A stretch of 64,000 bases of DNA from assembly GCA_041660565.1 (NCBI GenBank), contig JBAZWC010000001.1, positions 430,481-494,480 on the forward strand. The letters are read 5' to 3'. Shown in pieces: positions 27,926 through 37,231 of the stretch. The notes under the pieces are model-generated. The model saw only the letters and a program-made list of their open reading frames with translations, was not told where the DNA came from and did not search any database. This DNA is from Patescibacteria group bacterium (lineage in GTDB: Bacteria > Patescibacteriota > UBA1384 > CAJBMM01). Every line of letters starts with the position of its first letter. Position 1 is the stretch's first letter. A program made the translations under genes and the position numbers.

Positions 27926-28074
27926 GTCATTTCGACCCTAGGAGATTGTCAAATCGACTATGTTGGAGAAATCTGAGAAAGAATCCCTTCCCGTCTTTTC
28001 TTGAGATTTCTCCACCCTCGAGACAACGCTCGAGGCTCTGCCCGTAGGCTACGCCCGGAGGGAGTCGAAATGAC
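27926..28074. repeat. ~150-bp composite hairpin of the GTCATTTCGAC subfamily
   Basis: gtcatttcgaccct...agggagtcgaaatgac outer stem. Inner pair ggagaaatctgagaaagaa / ttcttgagatttctcc. Related to 55843-55908 and 56091-56137. Confidence 0.7.
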
Positions 28075-28167
28075 AGATTGTGGTCGATGGTTTGCAACAC
28101 ATAAGATGATCTAGTATTTTTGTTAAAAACGTCTTAGAATAATAATCGACAACATAAAGGAGTTTAT

Positions 28168-29457
28168 ATGGAAGTACTACGCAATATGTGGCGACGCAAG
28201 TTTCGCTCATTTTTAACCATTATGGGCATTTCTATCGGAATTTTTGCCTTTACGGTGATGGGATCGCTGGCCCTAAAATTTAACAAAATGATTTCAGGTG
28301 GCAAGGATTACGTTACCGGGCAAATTACCATTATGCCTAAAGGCACTAGCTTTTCCACCGGCGCCACCACCAGCACCTTGCCGGTTTCGGTGCTTGATAA
28401 CATCGCCAAAGTAGATGGTGTAGAAGCGGTAATGCCAACAGTGCAGCTAGCACTATCAGATCCAGATCCAGACAATCCGGCCGCCAGCAGCGCTTCTTTC
28501 GGTACGCCACCCACCATTGTTGGATCAGACTATTCATCCGCCTTCAAAAACAAAAACTGGGATAAATTGGCTATGAAAGAAGGGCACAATATTATCGCCA
28601 GTGAAGGTGATGATAAAGTTGCTATTGGCATTAGTATTTCGGCCGATAAAAAACTACACGTTGGCGATAAAATGACCATTCGTGGAAAAGATTTTACGGT
28701 GGTTGGGGTAGCTGACCGCACCAATACCGGCCCGGATTCGTACATTTTTATGAACATTAAACCGGCGCGCGAAATGTTAATTGAGTCTAATCCATTCTTA
28801 AAATCGCTTAAAGATCAGGCAGACAAAGCCAACGCTATTTCCGCTGCCGCTCTGGCGCAGTTGCCGGCAGATACCCAAGCCCAATTGGCACAGGCAAAAA
28901 CGTTTAAGGTTGAAGACGTCAATTCCATGGCTGCGGCTTCGTGGAAAGACGGTTACGACCCAGAGACAGTGGTCAAAAACATCAAAGATAAATACAAAAA
29001 TGAAGTGTTGGTAATGTCGCCAAAAGAGTTAGGTGATCAGATAGATAAAGCATCAGTGCTACTAAATGCGGTAATTTTAGGATCAGCGTTAATTGCCTTA
29101 ATTGTAGGTGGTTTTTCGGTGATCAATACTATGATTATGTCGGTTTCCGAGCGCACCAAAGAAATTGGGGTCAAAAAAGCCATCGGCGCTAGCGGTTGGA
29201 CCATCGCCAAGGAGTACACATTTGAAGCGGGCGTAATTGGCATTTTAGGTGGTTTGATTGGAATGGGGTTGGGGCTGCTAATGATTACCATCGTCAATCA
29301 TAATTTGGCCGACAAAGGCGCGGAGATCTTTTTGGTACAAAACAGCTTTTTGGCCGAAGTGGTGCTGTTTAGCTTTTGTTTGGGCATTGTGGCCGGCATT
29401 ATTCCGGCGTGGCGTGCTAGTAGGTTAAAGGTGGTTGACGCCATCAGAGAGCTATAA
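28168..29457 (+). CDS. ABC transporter permease, FtsX/MacB-like
   Basis: N-terminal TM, large extracytoplasmic MacB_PCD-like domain, C-terminal FtsX four-TM bundle. Confidence 0.8.
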   Translation: MEVLRNMWRRKFRSFLTIMGISIGIFAFTVMGSLALKFNKMISGGKDYVTGQITIMPKGTSFSTGATTSTLPVSVLDNIAKVDGVEAVMPTVQLALSDPDPDNPAASSASFGTPPTIVGSDYSSAFKNKNWDKLAMKEGHNIIASEGDDKVAIGISISADKKLHVGDKMTIRGKDFTVVGVADRTNTGPDSYIFMNIKPAREMLIESNPFLKSLKDQADKANAISAAALAQLPADTQAQLAQAKTFKVEDVNSMAAASWKDGYDPETVVKNIKDKYKNEVLVMSPKELGDQIDKASVLLNAVILGSALIALIVGGFSVINTMIMSVSERTKEIGVKKAIGASGWTIAKEYTFEAGVIGILGGLIGMGLGLLMITIVNHNLADKGAEIFLVQNSFLAEVVLFSFCLGIVAGIIPAWRASRLKVVDAIREL

Positions 29458-29466
29458 GGAGATAAA

Positions 29467-30144
29467 ATGAGTGAAGTAATAATTTCAGCCAAAAACATCC
29501 AAAAATCGTACCGAATGTCCAAAAAGAACCTGGTGCAAGCATTACAAGGCGCAAATATTGAGGTTCATAAAGGTGATTTTACTGCGATTGTGGGGCCATC
29601 GGGTGGCGGAAAATCAACCATGATGCATATTTTGGGGTTGCTTGATCGAGCCGATGCAGGTGAATTGACTATTGATGGTGCCTCGGTCGGTTCGTTGAAA
29701 GAGAAACAAGCGGTTAAATTTAGATCAAAAAAAATTGGCTTTATTTTTCAAGGATTTAACTTATTGCCATCGTTGACCGCTTTGGAGAATGTGATGTTGG
29801 CTGGACGATACGGCGGAATGAAAAAAGGCCAAAGCAAAGCTCGCGCACTGGAATTGTTGAAATTGGTCGGATTAATTGAGCGAGCAGGGCATCGCCCCGC
29901 CGAACTATCGGGAGGACAGCAACAACGCGTCGCCATTGCCCGAGCATTAATGAATAATCCGGCGATTATCTTAGCCGACGAACCAACCGGTGAGCTGGAT
30001 TCCAAGACATCTATCGAAATAATTGAGATGTTAAAGAAATTGAATCGAGATAATAATCAGACATTTGTAATCGTTACGCATAATCCCGAAGTAGCCGCGG
30101 CATGTAAAAAAACCATTGTGCTAAAGGATGGAAGAAACGCGTAA
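29467..30144 (+). CDS. ABC transporter ATP-binding protein (MacB/LolD-like)
   Basis: GPSGGGKST Walker A, LSGGQQQRVAIARAL signature. Confidence 0.9.
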   Translation: MSEVIISAKNIQKSYRMSKKNLVQALQGANIEVHKGDFTAIVGPSGGGKSTMMHILGLLDRADAGELTIDGASVGSLKEKQAVKFRSKKIGFIFQGFNLLPSLTALENVMLAGRYGGMKKGQSKARALELLKLVGLIERAGHRPAELSGGQQQRVAIARALMNNPAIILADEPTGELDSKTSIEIIEMLKKLNRDNNQTFVIVTHNPEVAAACKKTIVLKDGRNA

Positions 30145-30160
30145 CTGACACTCGCCCGAT

Positions 30161-30248
30161 GTCATTCCCGCCCCGAGGCAAAGCTCGGGGTAGACTTTGA
30201 CGGGAATCTGGCGCCAGCCATCCCGAACATGCTTCGGGGACAGTCTAT
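30161..30248. repeat. 87-bp repeat, right copy (inverted relative to 25934-26020)
   Basis: gtcattcccgccccgaggcaaagctcggggtagac..gggaatctggcgccagccatcccg..cttcggggacagtctat. Confidence 0.8.
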
Positions 30249-30363
30249 AACAAACTGTTTCTACTCAAGGGATCGCAAAGGATATATTAAGGGTGGCCAG
30301 GGATTGGGCAACATTTTTGCGTAACCAGCGTCAGACATTATTGTACAAACGAAAGGAAAATGT

Positions 30364-30567
30364 ATGGTAATGAAGAAACGGGCGTTTCTGGTAGCAACTG
30401 CCACAGCCATCAGCGGAAGTTTCGCGGTGATTAAGACACCGCATGCGCTAGCCGCCACCAAGCAAAATCCGGTCGTTCTAAAGGCTCCGAGGAATAATCA
30501 GGTCAAACGAATAACTAACGTTCGAAAATATAAACAAACACTAAAACATACTCACGTTTTCAAATAA
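30364..30567 (+). CDS. hypothetical small secreted protein
   Basis: 67 aa with a signal-peptide-like N-terminus and basic C-terminus. Followed by the terminator AAAGACCTAA..TTAGGTCTTTTTG. Confidence 0.3.
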   Translation: MVMKKRAFLVATATAISGSFAVIKTPHALAATKQNPVVLKAPRNNQVKRITNVRKYKQTLKHTHVFK

Positions 30568-30612
30568 GGATTCACAAAAAGACCTAAAAGAATTAGGTCT
30601 TTTTGTCTTTTT

Positions 30613-30688
30613 GTGGGGAGACTAAAGGGAGTCGAACCCTTGATGACAGAGCCACAATCTGTCGTGATACCGCTTCACCATAGTCTCC
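30613..30688 (-). tRNA. tRNA-His (anticodon GTG) with G-1
   Basis: The reverse complement reads G-GAGACTATGGTGAAGCGGTATCACGACAGAttgtggcTCTGTCATCAAGGGTTCGACTCCCTTTAGTCTC-C-CCA. The extra 5' G pairs with discriminator C. Confidence 0.8.
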
Positions 30689-30808
30689 ATAAATTCAGAA
30701 GATGGAAGATAGAGGATGGAGGATGGACCGAATATTCTATCTTCTATTTTCCATTTTCTATCCTCCAGATTGGTGGGACGCTAAGCGTCCCGTTTACCAC
30801 GCTTAGCG

Positions 30809-30884
30809 TGGTGCGCCTGGAAGGAATCGAACCTTCGACCCACTGCTTAGAAGGCAATTGCTCTATCCACTGAGCTACAGGCGC
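30809..30884 (-). tRNA. tRNA-Arg (anticodon TCT)
   Basis: The reverse complement reads GCGCCTGTAGCTCAGTGGATAGAGCAATTGCcttctaaGCAGTGGGTCGAAGGTTCGATTCCTTCCAGGCGCACCA. Confidence 0.8.
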
Positions 30885-31058
30885 AAATCGGAAGATAGAG
30901 GACGGAAGATCGAGGATAGAAAGATCCACTATCCAATATATATTTTAACATAATTTGACAAAAAATTCCACTCCATCTTCTATTTTCTATCTTCTATAAT
31001 TGCCACTAGCAATTTCGAAACTATGCGAGCTATGCTTGCTAGTTTCATCCTCCGATTT

Positions 31059-31132
31059 TGGAGCGAGTGAGGAGAATCGAACTCCCGTTTTATCCTTGGG
31101 AAGGACACGTTCTACCATTGAACCACACTCGC
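31059..31132 (-). tRNA. tRNA-Gly (anticodon CCC)
   Basis: The reverse complement reads GCGAGTGTGGTTCAATGGTAGAACGTGTCCttcccaaGGATAAAACGGGAGTTCGATTCTCCTCACTCGCTCCA. Confidence 0.75.
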
Positions 31133-31258
31133 AAGTCGGATGACCTAGGACAGAACCATATCAATTTTATCGAATTTTTACCACAAATACCATGACCTAA
31201 GATTATAATTATAAGAATGGGTCGCGAGCGTATTGCCCGCAACCCATTTGCGTACCGG

Positions 31259-31741
31259 TTAGCCGATCTTGACTCGACGCCGCAAGCGATTGACCTGACC
31301 ATGTGCTGTTCGATGAGCAACAACAGCCGCGATCGACTTGGCCAAGCCCACTTTGAGATCTGCTGTGAAGGCCATCATCGCATCGAGATCCTGTTCCTTG
31401 GTTAGGTTATGCCAGTTTCCGTCTGGCATCAGTACCTCGAATCTCAGCGCACGCCCTTGATGTGGCCACTCGCCAGTGATGCTCGAATTGCAGCTAAGTC
31501 GGTAGCGGTGGCCAATTCCTTGCCGTGTTATTCGCAGCTCCCACGGCAGCTGTTGGCGACAGGCAGCTAGCGGAACTGCAAGGCTACTTGAGATCTTCGT
31601 TGCCTCAAATCGAAGCGCAGCCCGAGCAGACCGTAGAAGAGTCGACTCCACACCTTCTGGGTTGGTTACCAGATTTGCCGCCATCTCAAGCTTACGCGTA
31701 TCAATGTACATCCAGGCCTCCTTTTGGACATTGGTGATCAA
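31259..31741 (-). CDS. hypothetical protein (GC-rich, adjacent to the tRNA cluster)
   Basis: 160-aa ORF of roughly 55% GC. No recognisable domain. Confidence 0.35.
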   Translation of the reverse strand: MITNVQKEAWMYIDTRKLEMAANLVTNPEGVESTLLRSARAALRFEATKISSSLAVPLAACRQQLPWELRITRQGIGHRYRLSCNSSITGEWPHQGRALRFEVLMPDGNWHNLTKEQDLDAMMAFTADLKVGLAKSIAAVVAHRTAHGQVNRLRRRVKIG

Positions 31742-31921
31742 TCAAAGCATGTTGCCGGCTTAAATCAGCCCTAAATCAGTAGAGCTAATTACAACCGGCA
31801 ACGCTGTTAAGATGCAATTACGGCAATATAATAACACTTTTTTACCAAAATTCCTACACTTGAGTGTTTCAGTTCAACCAAATTATTGCCAAAATGCCAA
31901 GAATGGGTGTAAGATGCGACT

Positions 31922-32248
31922 ATGTTTGATGAAACAAGGTCTTGGCTTAGCGGTTTGAAGCAAAATATAATCTGGTGGCTGATAGTTTTGGCGTTGGTGA
32001 TGTTTGGCATCACTTTATTTTTATGGCTAAAATTAATCATCCCCAACGAAAAAGGGCTGTATTCGCCGTTTGAAAATGGTTTGTCACTTATTAAATACGT
32101 TGCCCTAATCTGTGGAGTTAATTTGGCAATCACCATTAGCTCACTGAAACGTCAGAAAATTTGGGTGGTCATGCCCATCGCCGCCACATTGTTTATTTTA
32201 GGATTGACACTATTTTACTTAATTACGCTTTGGAAATTGAATGTTTAG
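31922..32248 (+). CDS. small membrane protein (three TM)
   Basis: 108-aa hydrophobic ORF. Confidence 0.4.
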   Translation: MFDETRSWLSGLKQNIIWWLIVLALVMFGITLFLWLKLIIPNEKGLYSPFENGLSLIKYVALICGVNLAITISSLKRQKIWVVMPIAATLFILGLTLFYLITLWKLNV

Positions 32249-32350
32249 TAACAAACTCCAATTTATCCAATCGATCCAATTAGACCAATTAGCAACGACA
32301 ATTCGAACCAACAAAATTACAATTCGATAATTTAATGTTAATATATAACC

Positions 32351-33895
32351 ATGCATAAAAATTTTCCGCCTGCTGCAAAGCGATTTTTTGAAATACTACC
32401 CGGAGCCTTAACTTGGTCTGCGCTATTGTTACCAGCATTACTCGCTATTTGGTATCCAATACCAGTGGCTATTTTTGTGATCTGTTTTGATTTGTATTGG
32501 TTGTATCGTTCGGTCGAGCTATCTAACAACATCATTAGAGTTTACAACCGAATGCGCTCAGCTGCTAAAACAAACTGGCATCAGAAATTAGCTAGTCTAG
32601 GCAATACCATCACCCCGTGCGGATACAAACTTGATGAAGTGTATCAAGCTATCATCATTGTGGCGTACAAAGAACCGGCCGAGTTGCTGGAAGCCTCAAT
32701 AAATAGCTACGTAAATTCTAATTTCGATGTCAAAAAGCGCACCATTTTAGTCTTAGGCACCGAAGAGCGCGCTGGCGAACATAGTGATCATCTTAACCAA
32801 TATTTGTCGGAGCGATTTAAAGATAAATTTTTACGATTTGAACACACCATTCACCCTAAAAACATTCCGGGGGAGATTAAATGTAAAAGCGCTAACGCCA
32901 CGTGGGCTGCCAAGCATCTGTACAAAATTTGTGAAGAAATGCGTATTTCGCCAAAACAGGTTTTGTTACACAATTTCGACGCAGACACCCGAACGCACAA
33001 AGAATACTTTGCTTACGTACAGTGGAACTTTATGCACACACCACCAGACCAGCACACCTGCTATCAGCCAATCCACATTTATAACAACAACATCTGGGAC
33101 ACCGGCGCGCCAATGCGCGTTATCGCCATCAGCTCTACCTTCATTTTTATGCACAATACCATGCGCCCAACTCATTTTTACAACTTTTCCAGCCGCAGCG
33201 ACTGTTTTCAAACAGTGGTGGACATTGGCTACTGGACGGTGAACGCCATCCCCGAAGACTCACGCGAATATTACGACGCCTACTTTCGCTATAACGGCAA
33301 ATTGACCATCCAACCGCAATACATCCCGCTGTATATGGACGCGGTACTGTCTGAAGGATATTGGGGCAGCTTAATGAATCAGTACCGACAGCTGCGCCGA
33401 TGGGCGTGGGGTGTAATTGATTTGGCATATTTAGCCGAAAAATCTTGGAAAGACACTAAAATTCCATGGACATCTAAACTGGGACGCATTTTAGAACACA
33501 CCGAAAGCAACTTTTCCAGATCTACCACCGCGCTGTTTTTGGGATTTTTTGGCTGGATTCCGTTGATTGTAAACAATAGATTTCACGACACAATGATTGG
33601 TTATCATATGCTAAGCGTTACCCAAATTATTTTGACCTTGGCGATTGTGGGAACATTAACTTCGTTATACCTGTCGTATTTATTGCTTCCGCCGCGCCCA
33701 CCACATCACAAACCAATTAAATATATTGGCTTTTTGCTGCAATGGGTGTTGGTACCGTTTGTGTCGATATTCTTAGGCTCATTCTCGGCCATCGATGCCC
33801 AAACGCGGTTGATGTTTGGAAAATATCTAGAGTATCAAGTAACCGAAAAAGCGGTGGGGCAATCTACCAAAGCAGAGCTTGGGGCAAAATCTTAA
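32351..33895 (+). CDS. membrane GT2-family processive glycosyltransferase (cellulose/chitin synthase-like; QxxRW motif)
   Basis: N- and C-terminal TM bundles. Cytoplasmic GT-A domain with DAD and QYRQLRRWAWG. Confidence 0.65.
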   Translation: MHKNFPPAAKRFFEILPGALTWSALLLPALLAIWYPIPVAIFVICFDLYWLYRSVELSNNIIRVYNRMRSAAKTNWHQKLASLGNTITPCGYKLDEVYQAIIIVAYKEPAELLEASINSYVNSNFDVKKRTILVLGTEERAGEHSDHLNQYLSERFKDKFLRFEHTIHPKNIPGEIKCKSANATWAAKHLYKICEEMRISPKQVLLHNFDADTRTHKEYFAYVQWNFMHTPPDQHTCYQPIHIYNNNIWDTGAPMRVIAISSTFIFMHNTMRPTHFYNFSSRSDCFQTVVDIGYWTVNAIPEDSREYYDAYFRYNGKLTIQPQYIPLYMDAVLSEGYWGSLMNQYRQLRRWAWGVIDLAYLAEKSWKDTKIPWTSKLGRILEHTESNFSRSTTALFLGFFGWIPLIVNNRFHDTMIGYHMLSVTQIILTLAIVGTLTSLYLSYLLLPPRPPHHKPIKYIGFLLQWVLVPFVSIFLGSFSAIDAQTRLMFGKYLEYQVTEKAVGQSTKAELGAKS

Positions 33896-33902
33896 TTATT
33901 CC

Positions 33903-33946
33903 TTGTCATTCACGGAAAGACCTAAGAATCTATATAAAAAAAGTAG
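33903..33946. repeat. GTCATTC hairpin variant plus tctatataaaaaaag
   Basis: ccttgtcattcacggaaagacctaagaatctatataaaaaaag, directly after the GT2 stop. Confidence 0.5.
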
Positions 33947-33996
33947 CCCAGACTTCAGTCTGTTTCTTAAACATACTAAAGTATGATCTACAAGTT

Positions 33997-34026
33997 TGGA
34001 GCGGGTGAAGGGAATCGGACCCTCGT
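33997..34026 (-). pseudogene. tRNA-like 3' half (T-arm plus acceptor plus CCA)
   Basis: The reverse complement reads ACGAGGGTCCGATTCCCTTCACCCGCTCCA. There is no matching 5' half within 40 nt. It pairs with the 5' half at 34164-34191. Confidence 0.5.
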
Positions 34027-34060
34027 GTCAGAGTTTGCCCGTCCTCCGCAGTAGCAAATT

Positions 34061-34134
34061 TGGAGCGGGTAACGGGAGTCGAACCCGTATCTTCACCTTG
34101 GAAGGGTGTCATAATACCGCTATACTATACCCGC
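34061..34134 (-). tRNA. tRNA-Gly (anticodon TCC)
   Basis: The reverse complement reads GCGGGTATAGTATAGCGGTATTATGACACCcttccaaGGTGAAGATACGGGTTCGACTCCCGTTACCCGCTCCA. Confidence 0.8.
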
Positions 34135-34163
34135 AAAAAACTGCTACGGAGGATGGAGAAAAC

Positions 34164-34191
34164 TCGCGCTCTACCATTGAGCTACACCCGC
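34164..34191 (-). pseudogene. tRNA-like 5' half (acceptor plus D-arm)
   Basis: The reverse complement reads GCGGGTGTAGCTCAATGGTAGAGCGCGAG. Its acceptor GCGGGTG is perfectly complementary to CACCCGC of the 3' half at 33997-34026. Confidence 0.5.
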
Positions 34192-34234
34192 TTCAGTAGA
34201 GATGGCTGTGCCATCCGTAACCTTGGCGAAGGAT

Positions 34235-34310
34235 GGTCGGGGTGGTCGGACTTGAACCGACGGCCTCATCGTCCCAAACGACGCGCGCTAGCCAACTGCG
34301 CCACACCCCG
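34235..34310 (-). tRNA. tRNA-Pro (anticodon TGG)
   Basis: The reverse complement reads CGGGGTGTGGCGCAGTTGGCTAGCGCGCGTCGtttgggaCGATGAGGCCGTCGGTTCAAGTCCGACCACCCCGACCA. Confidence 0.8.
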
Positions 34311-34323
34311 AAATATATTCTCC

Positions 34324-34358
34324 TGTCATTCCCGCGAAGACGGGAATCCAGTCTATGA
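34324..34358. repeat. GTCATTCC hairpin repeat (gtcATTCCCGcgaagaCGGGAATccagtctat)
   Basis: Inverted repeat read directly from the sequence. Confidence 0.6.
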
Positions 34359-34443
34359 ACAAATTTCCTAACGAATCACTTATAAATCATAGCATAAAAA
34401 TGGATTTTGGGCAATAAAAAATATTAAATTATAAGCGCCGGGC

Positions 34444-34701
34444 TTAGTGCCCGACGCTATGATCGTGTCCTACAGCTTCTTGCTGGACTTGCGCGAGTTT
34501 ACCCTCGAGTTCGCGGATTGGCTCCGCCAGTGCTCCGGCGATAGACTTGCTTACTTCCGCTTCCAGCGCCTCGAGTTCGCGCCCCTCTGCCTCTGTGATG
34601 GTTCCGTCCGCCCTCTTGCGGATCAGCTCTAACCGCAGAGGATTCCTCTTCACCCAAGACGGGTGCTTGCGTCTGCCCAACTTGTCTACAAAGTCGTTCA
34701 T
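34444..34701 (-). CDS. hypothetical small protein (GC-rich, coiled-coil-like)
   Basis: 85-aa ORF with a charged helical repeat (EAEGRELEALEAEVSK). Confidence 0.3.
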   Translation of the reverse strand: MNDFVDKLGRRKHPSWVKRNPLRLELIRKRADGTITEAEGRELEALEAEVSKSIAGALAEPIRELEGKLAQVQQEAVGHDHSVGH

Positions 34702-34814
34702 CGCACGCTCCTACACGGCGTAGTGTATACGAAATCTGCCCATACAATATCAATTCGCTAAATAAAAATCAATCCGCCCTTTCAACAGCGAATATTTTTT
34801 GCCATAATGGATTA

Positions 34815-36506
34815 ATGATTAAACGACTAAAGAGCCTTAAACCATGGCAAATTGTGCTGCCAATAATTGTTGCACTGCTGGTAGCGCAATTTATTTTGCA
34901 AGTTGATTTAGCTAAAAAAGACTCTCAAACTATCGATGAAGCGGTGCACATTGGCGCCGGTTATACCTATTTAACCAAGGGTGATTATCGTTTTAACGCC
35001 GAACATCCCCCTTTGGTCAAAGAAATCGCCGCGTTTCCCCTACTATTTCTTAATCTAGACCCAAACCAAGATCCAACCGATTGGAACAACGCCGGCCATT
35101 ATTATTTGGACCCGTACGGGTATTCGGGTAACTGGGGCCACAATTTGCTCTACTACTCAAACGTGGCCGTAGACACCATTCTTTTTTACGCCCGCATTGG
35201 CCCAATGCTGTTGACCACGTTGCTGGGAGCGGTAATTGCGCTGGTAGCTATTTTGGCTTTTGGCTGGTGGGCCGGCTTAATTGCCACTGTGCTTTACGTA
35301 CTAGACCCGGCGTTTACCGGTCATGGCCATTTAGCCACCACCGATATTGGCGCCACTTTGGGATACATCGCCGGAATTGCCTCACTTTGGTATCTAATCA
35401 AAAAACCATCATATAAGTCTGCCGCCATTTTTGGCGTCGCCTTAGGCATTGCCAATTTACTCAAATTTACCATGCTGGCGCTAGGTCCAATATCTATTAT
35501 GCTGCTTGGCGGGTATATCATCTACAACATTGAGGCAAAAAAAGACAAAGCAAAGCGATGGTGGCTGCTTTTCGTCTCATTTATTGTTGCCACAGTGGTG
35601 ATATGGGCGGGATATGGTTTTCACCGCACCACGCTACCGATGGACACCGGATACGATGCTTATGGGCAGGTAATAGCCGAACCGTTTAACGGCGCTTTAA
35701 GGCAATTATACGATTTTGACAACATCGCCAAATGGGTTCCACTGCCAACCGATTATCTAAAAGGCGCGGCAATGGTGCTTAATCACACCGGCGGCGGACA
35801 TCCATCATTCTTGTTTGGCGAGTCAAAGGACTCGGGTTGGTGGTACTATTTCCCGGTCATTATTACCATAAAAACCCCAATTATCAGCCTGTTTTTGATG
35901 ATTTTTAGCCTGGCGGTGGTGATTAAGCAACGCAAAAAAAATCAGTTTGCGGTATTTTTGATCGCATCATCGTTAATTTATCTGACTATCAGCATGCTTT
36001 CCCACGCCAATCTGGGTATTCGACACATTTTGCCATTCTACCCTTCTTTGTTTATTGTAGTCGGATATGTTTTTACGTTATTGAGCAAGAAACTTAAGAT
36101 TGTATTTTCGGTACTACTAGCCGTTTTAGCTATCCAATTTGCGTTGATGTATCCATTTTATCTATCATATTTTAACCAATTCGTGGGTGGATCTTACAAC
36201 GGCTATAAATATGCCACTGACTCCAATTTAGACTGGGCACAAGATTTGCATCGCATAAAAACATACACCGATACTCACAACTTAGGTGTGCCGTACGTTT
36301 TCTACAACTGGGACGGTGACGATGCGATAGATATGTACGGCATCCCGCGCCGACCAAACGCCAATCTTGCCACAGACAGATCCGGCTATATGATAATTGG
36401 TGCTTCCACATTACAATCACCGGAAATGCGCTGGTTGTTCAGCTATCAATTAGTTGATAAAATTACCCCCGGAGTTCTAGTATTTAATTTGGACAAATTA
36501 AAATGA
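34815..36506 (+). CDS. GT-C family glycosyltransferase (ArnT/PMT-like, polyprenyl-phosphate-sugar dependent)
   Basis: DEAVHIGAGYTYL..HPPL N-terminal loop motif, at least 11 TM helices, C-terminal extracytoplasmic domain. Confidence 0.65.
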   Translation: MIKRLKSLKPWQIVLPIIVALLVAQFILQVDLAKKDSQTIDEAVHIGAGYTYLTKGDYRFNAEHPPLVKEIAAFPLLFLNLDPNQDPTDWNNAGHYYLDPYGYSGNWGHNLLYYSNVAVDTILFYARIGPMLLTTLLGAVIALVAILAFGWWAGLIATVLYVLDPAFTGHGHLATTDIGATLGYIAGIASLWYLIKKPSYKSAAIFGVALGIANLLKFTMLALGPISIMLLGGYIIYNIEAKKDKAKRWWLLFVSFIVATVVIWAGYGFHRTTLPMDTGYDAYGQVIAEPFNGALRQLYDFDNIAKWVPLPTDYLKGAAMVLNHTGGGHPSFLFGESKDSGWWYYFPVIITIKTPIISLFLMIFSLAVVIKQRKKNQFAVFLIASSLIYLTISMLSHANLGIRHILPFYPSLFIVVGYVFTLLSKKLKIVFSVLLAVLAIQFALMYPFYLSYFNQFVGGSYNGYKYATDSNLDWAQDLHRIKTYTDTHNLGVPYVFYNWDGDDAIDMYGIPRRPNANLATDRSGYMIIGASTLQSPEMRWLFSYQLVDKITPGVLVFNLDKLK

Positions 36507-37219
36507 CAGAATCAATATATCTGAGTGTTATCGTTCCGGCCTACAACGAGTCCAAACGCATCGCTAAAACTGTTAAAGAAATTGACGATTATTTAAAATC
36601 GCAAAAATACAGCTACGAAATTGTGGTGGTAGATGATGGTAGCAAAGATAATACGTTTGATGTGGTATCTGGGCTCAAACTACCGCACGTTAGACCAATA
36701 AAACAGGCTAAAAATACCGGTAAAGGTGGAGCGGTCAAAACCGGCATGCTCAGCGCTGTTGGCGAATATCGACTAATGTGCGATGCCGATAACGCCACAC
36801 CGATTAGCGAAATAACCAAACTTTTGGCTTTTGCCAATGAATTCCCGGTGGTAATTGGTTCGCGCTATATGAAAGGATCCAACATCCGCATCAAGCAACC
36901 GTTAACGCGCATCATTGGATCACGCCTGTTTAACACCTTGGTTCAGCTACTACTTTTACCCGGTTTTCCGGACACTCAATGTGGCTTCAAACTATTTCGC
37001 GCCAATGTAGTAGATAAATTATTTGGCAAACTTGAAACCAATCGGTGGGGTTTTGATTTAGAGATTTTGGTTCGAGCGCGAAAAAGCTTCCTTTACATTA
37101 AACAAGTGCCAGTCGAATGGTGTGATCAGGAAGGTTCAAGTGTTAATGGGGTTAGCGTATTTATCAGTGCGGTAAAAGAGTTAATTAATATTAAAAAGCA
37201 ATCAAAAAAGTGGAAGTAG
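36503..37219 (+). CDS. GT2 polyprenyl-phosphate glycosyltransferase (GtrB/DPM1-like)
   Basis: LSVIVPAYNE..VVDDGSKDNT..DAD motifs. Overlaps the GT-C gene by 4 nt. Confidence 0.8.
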   Translation: MTESIYLSVIVPAYNESKRIAKTVKEIDDYLKSQKYSYEIVVVDDGSKDNTFDVVSGLKLPHVRPIKQAKNTGKGGAVKTGMLSAVGEYRLMCDADNATPISEITKLLAFANEFPVVIGSRYMKGSNIRIKQPLTRIIGSRLFNTLVQLLLLPGFPDTQCGFKLFRANVVDKLFGKLETNRWGFDLEILVRARKSFLYIKQVPVEWCDQEGSSVNGVSVFISAVKELINIKKQSKKWK

Positions 37220-37231
37220 AAAGGAGTTCGG

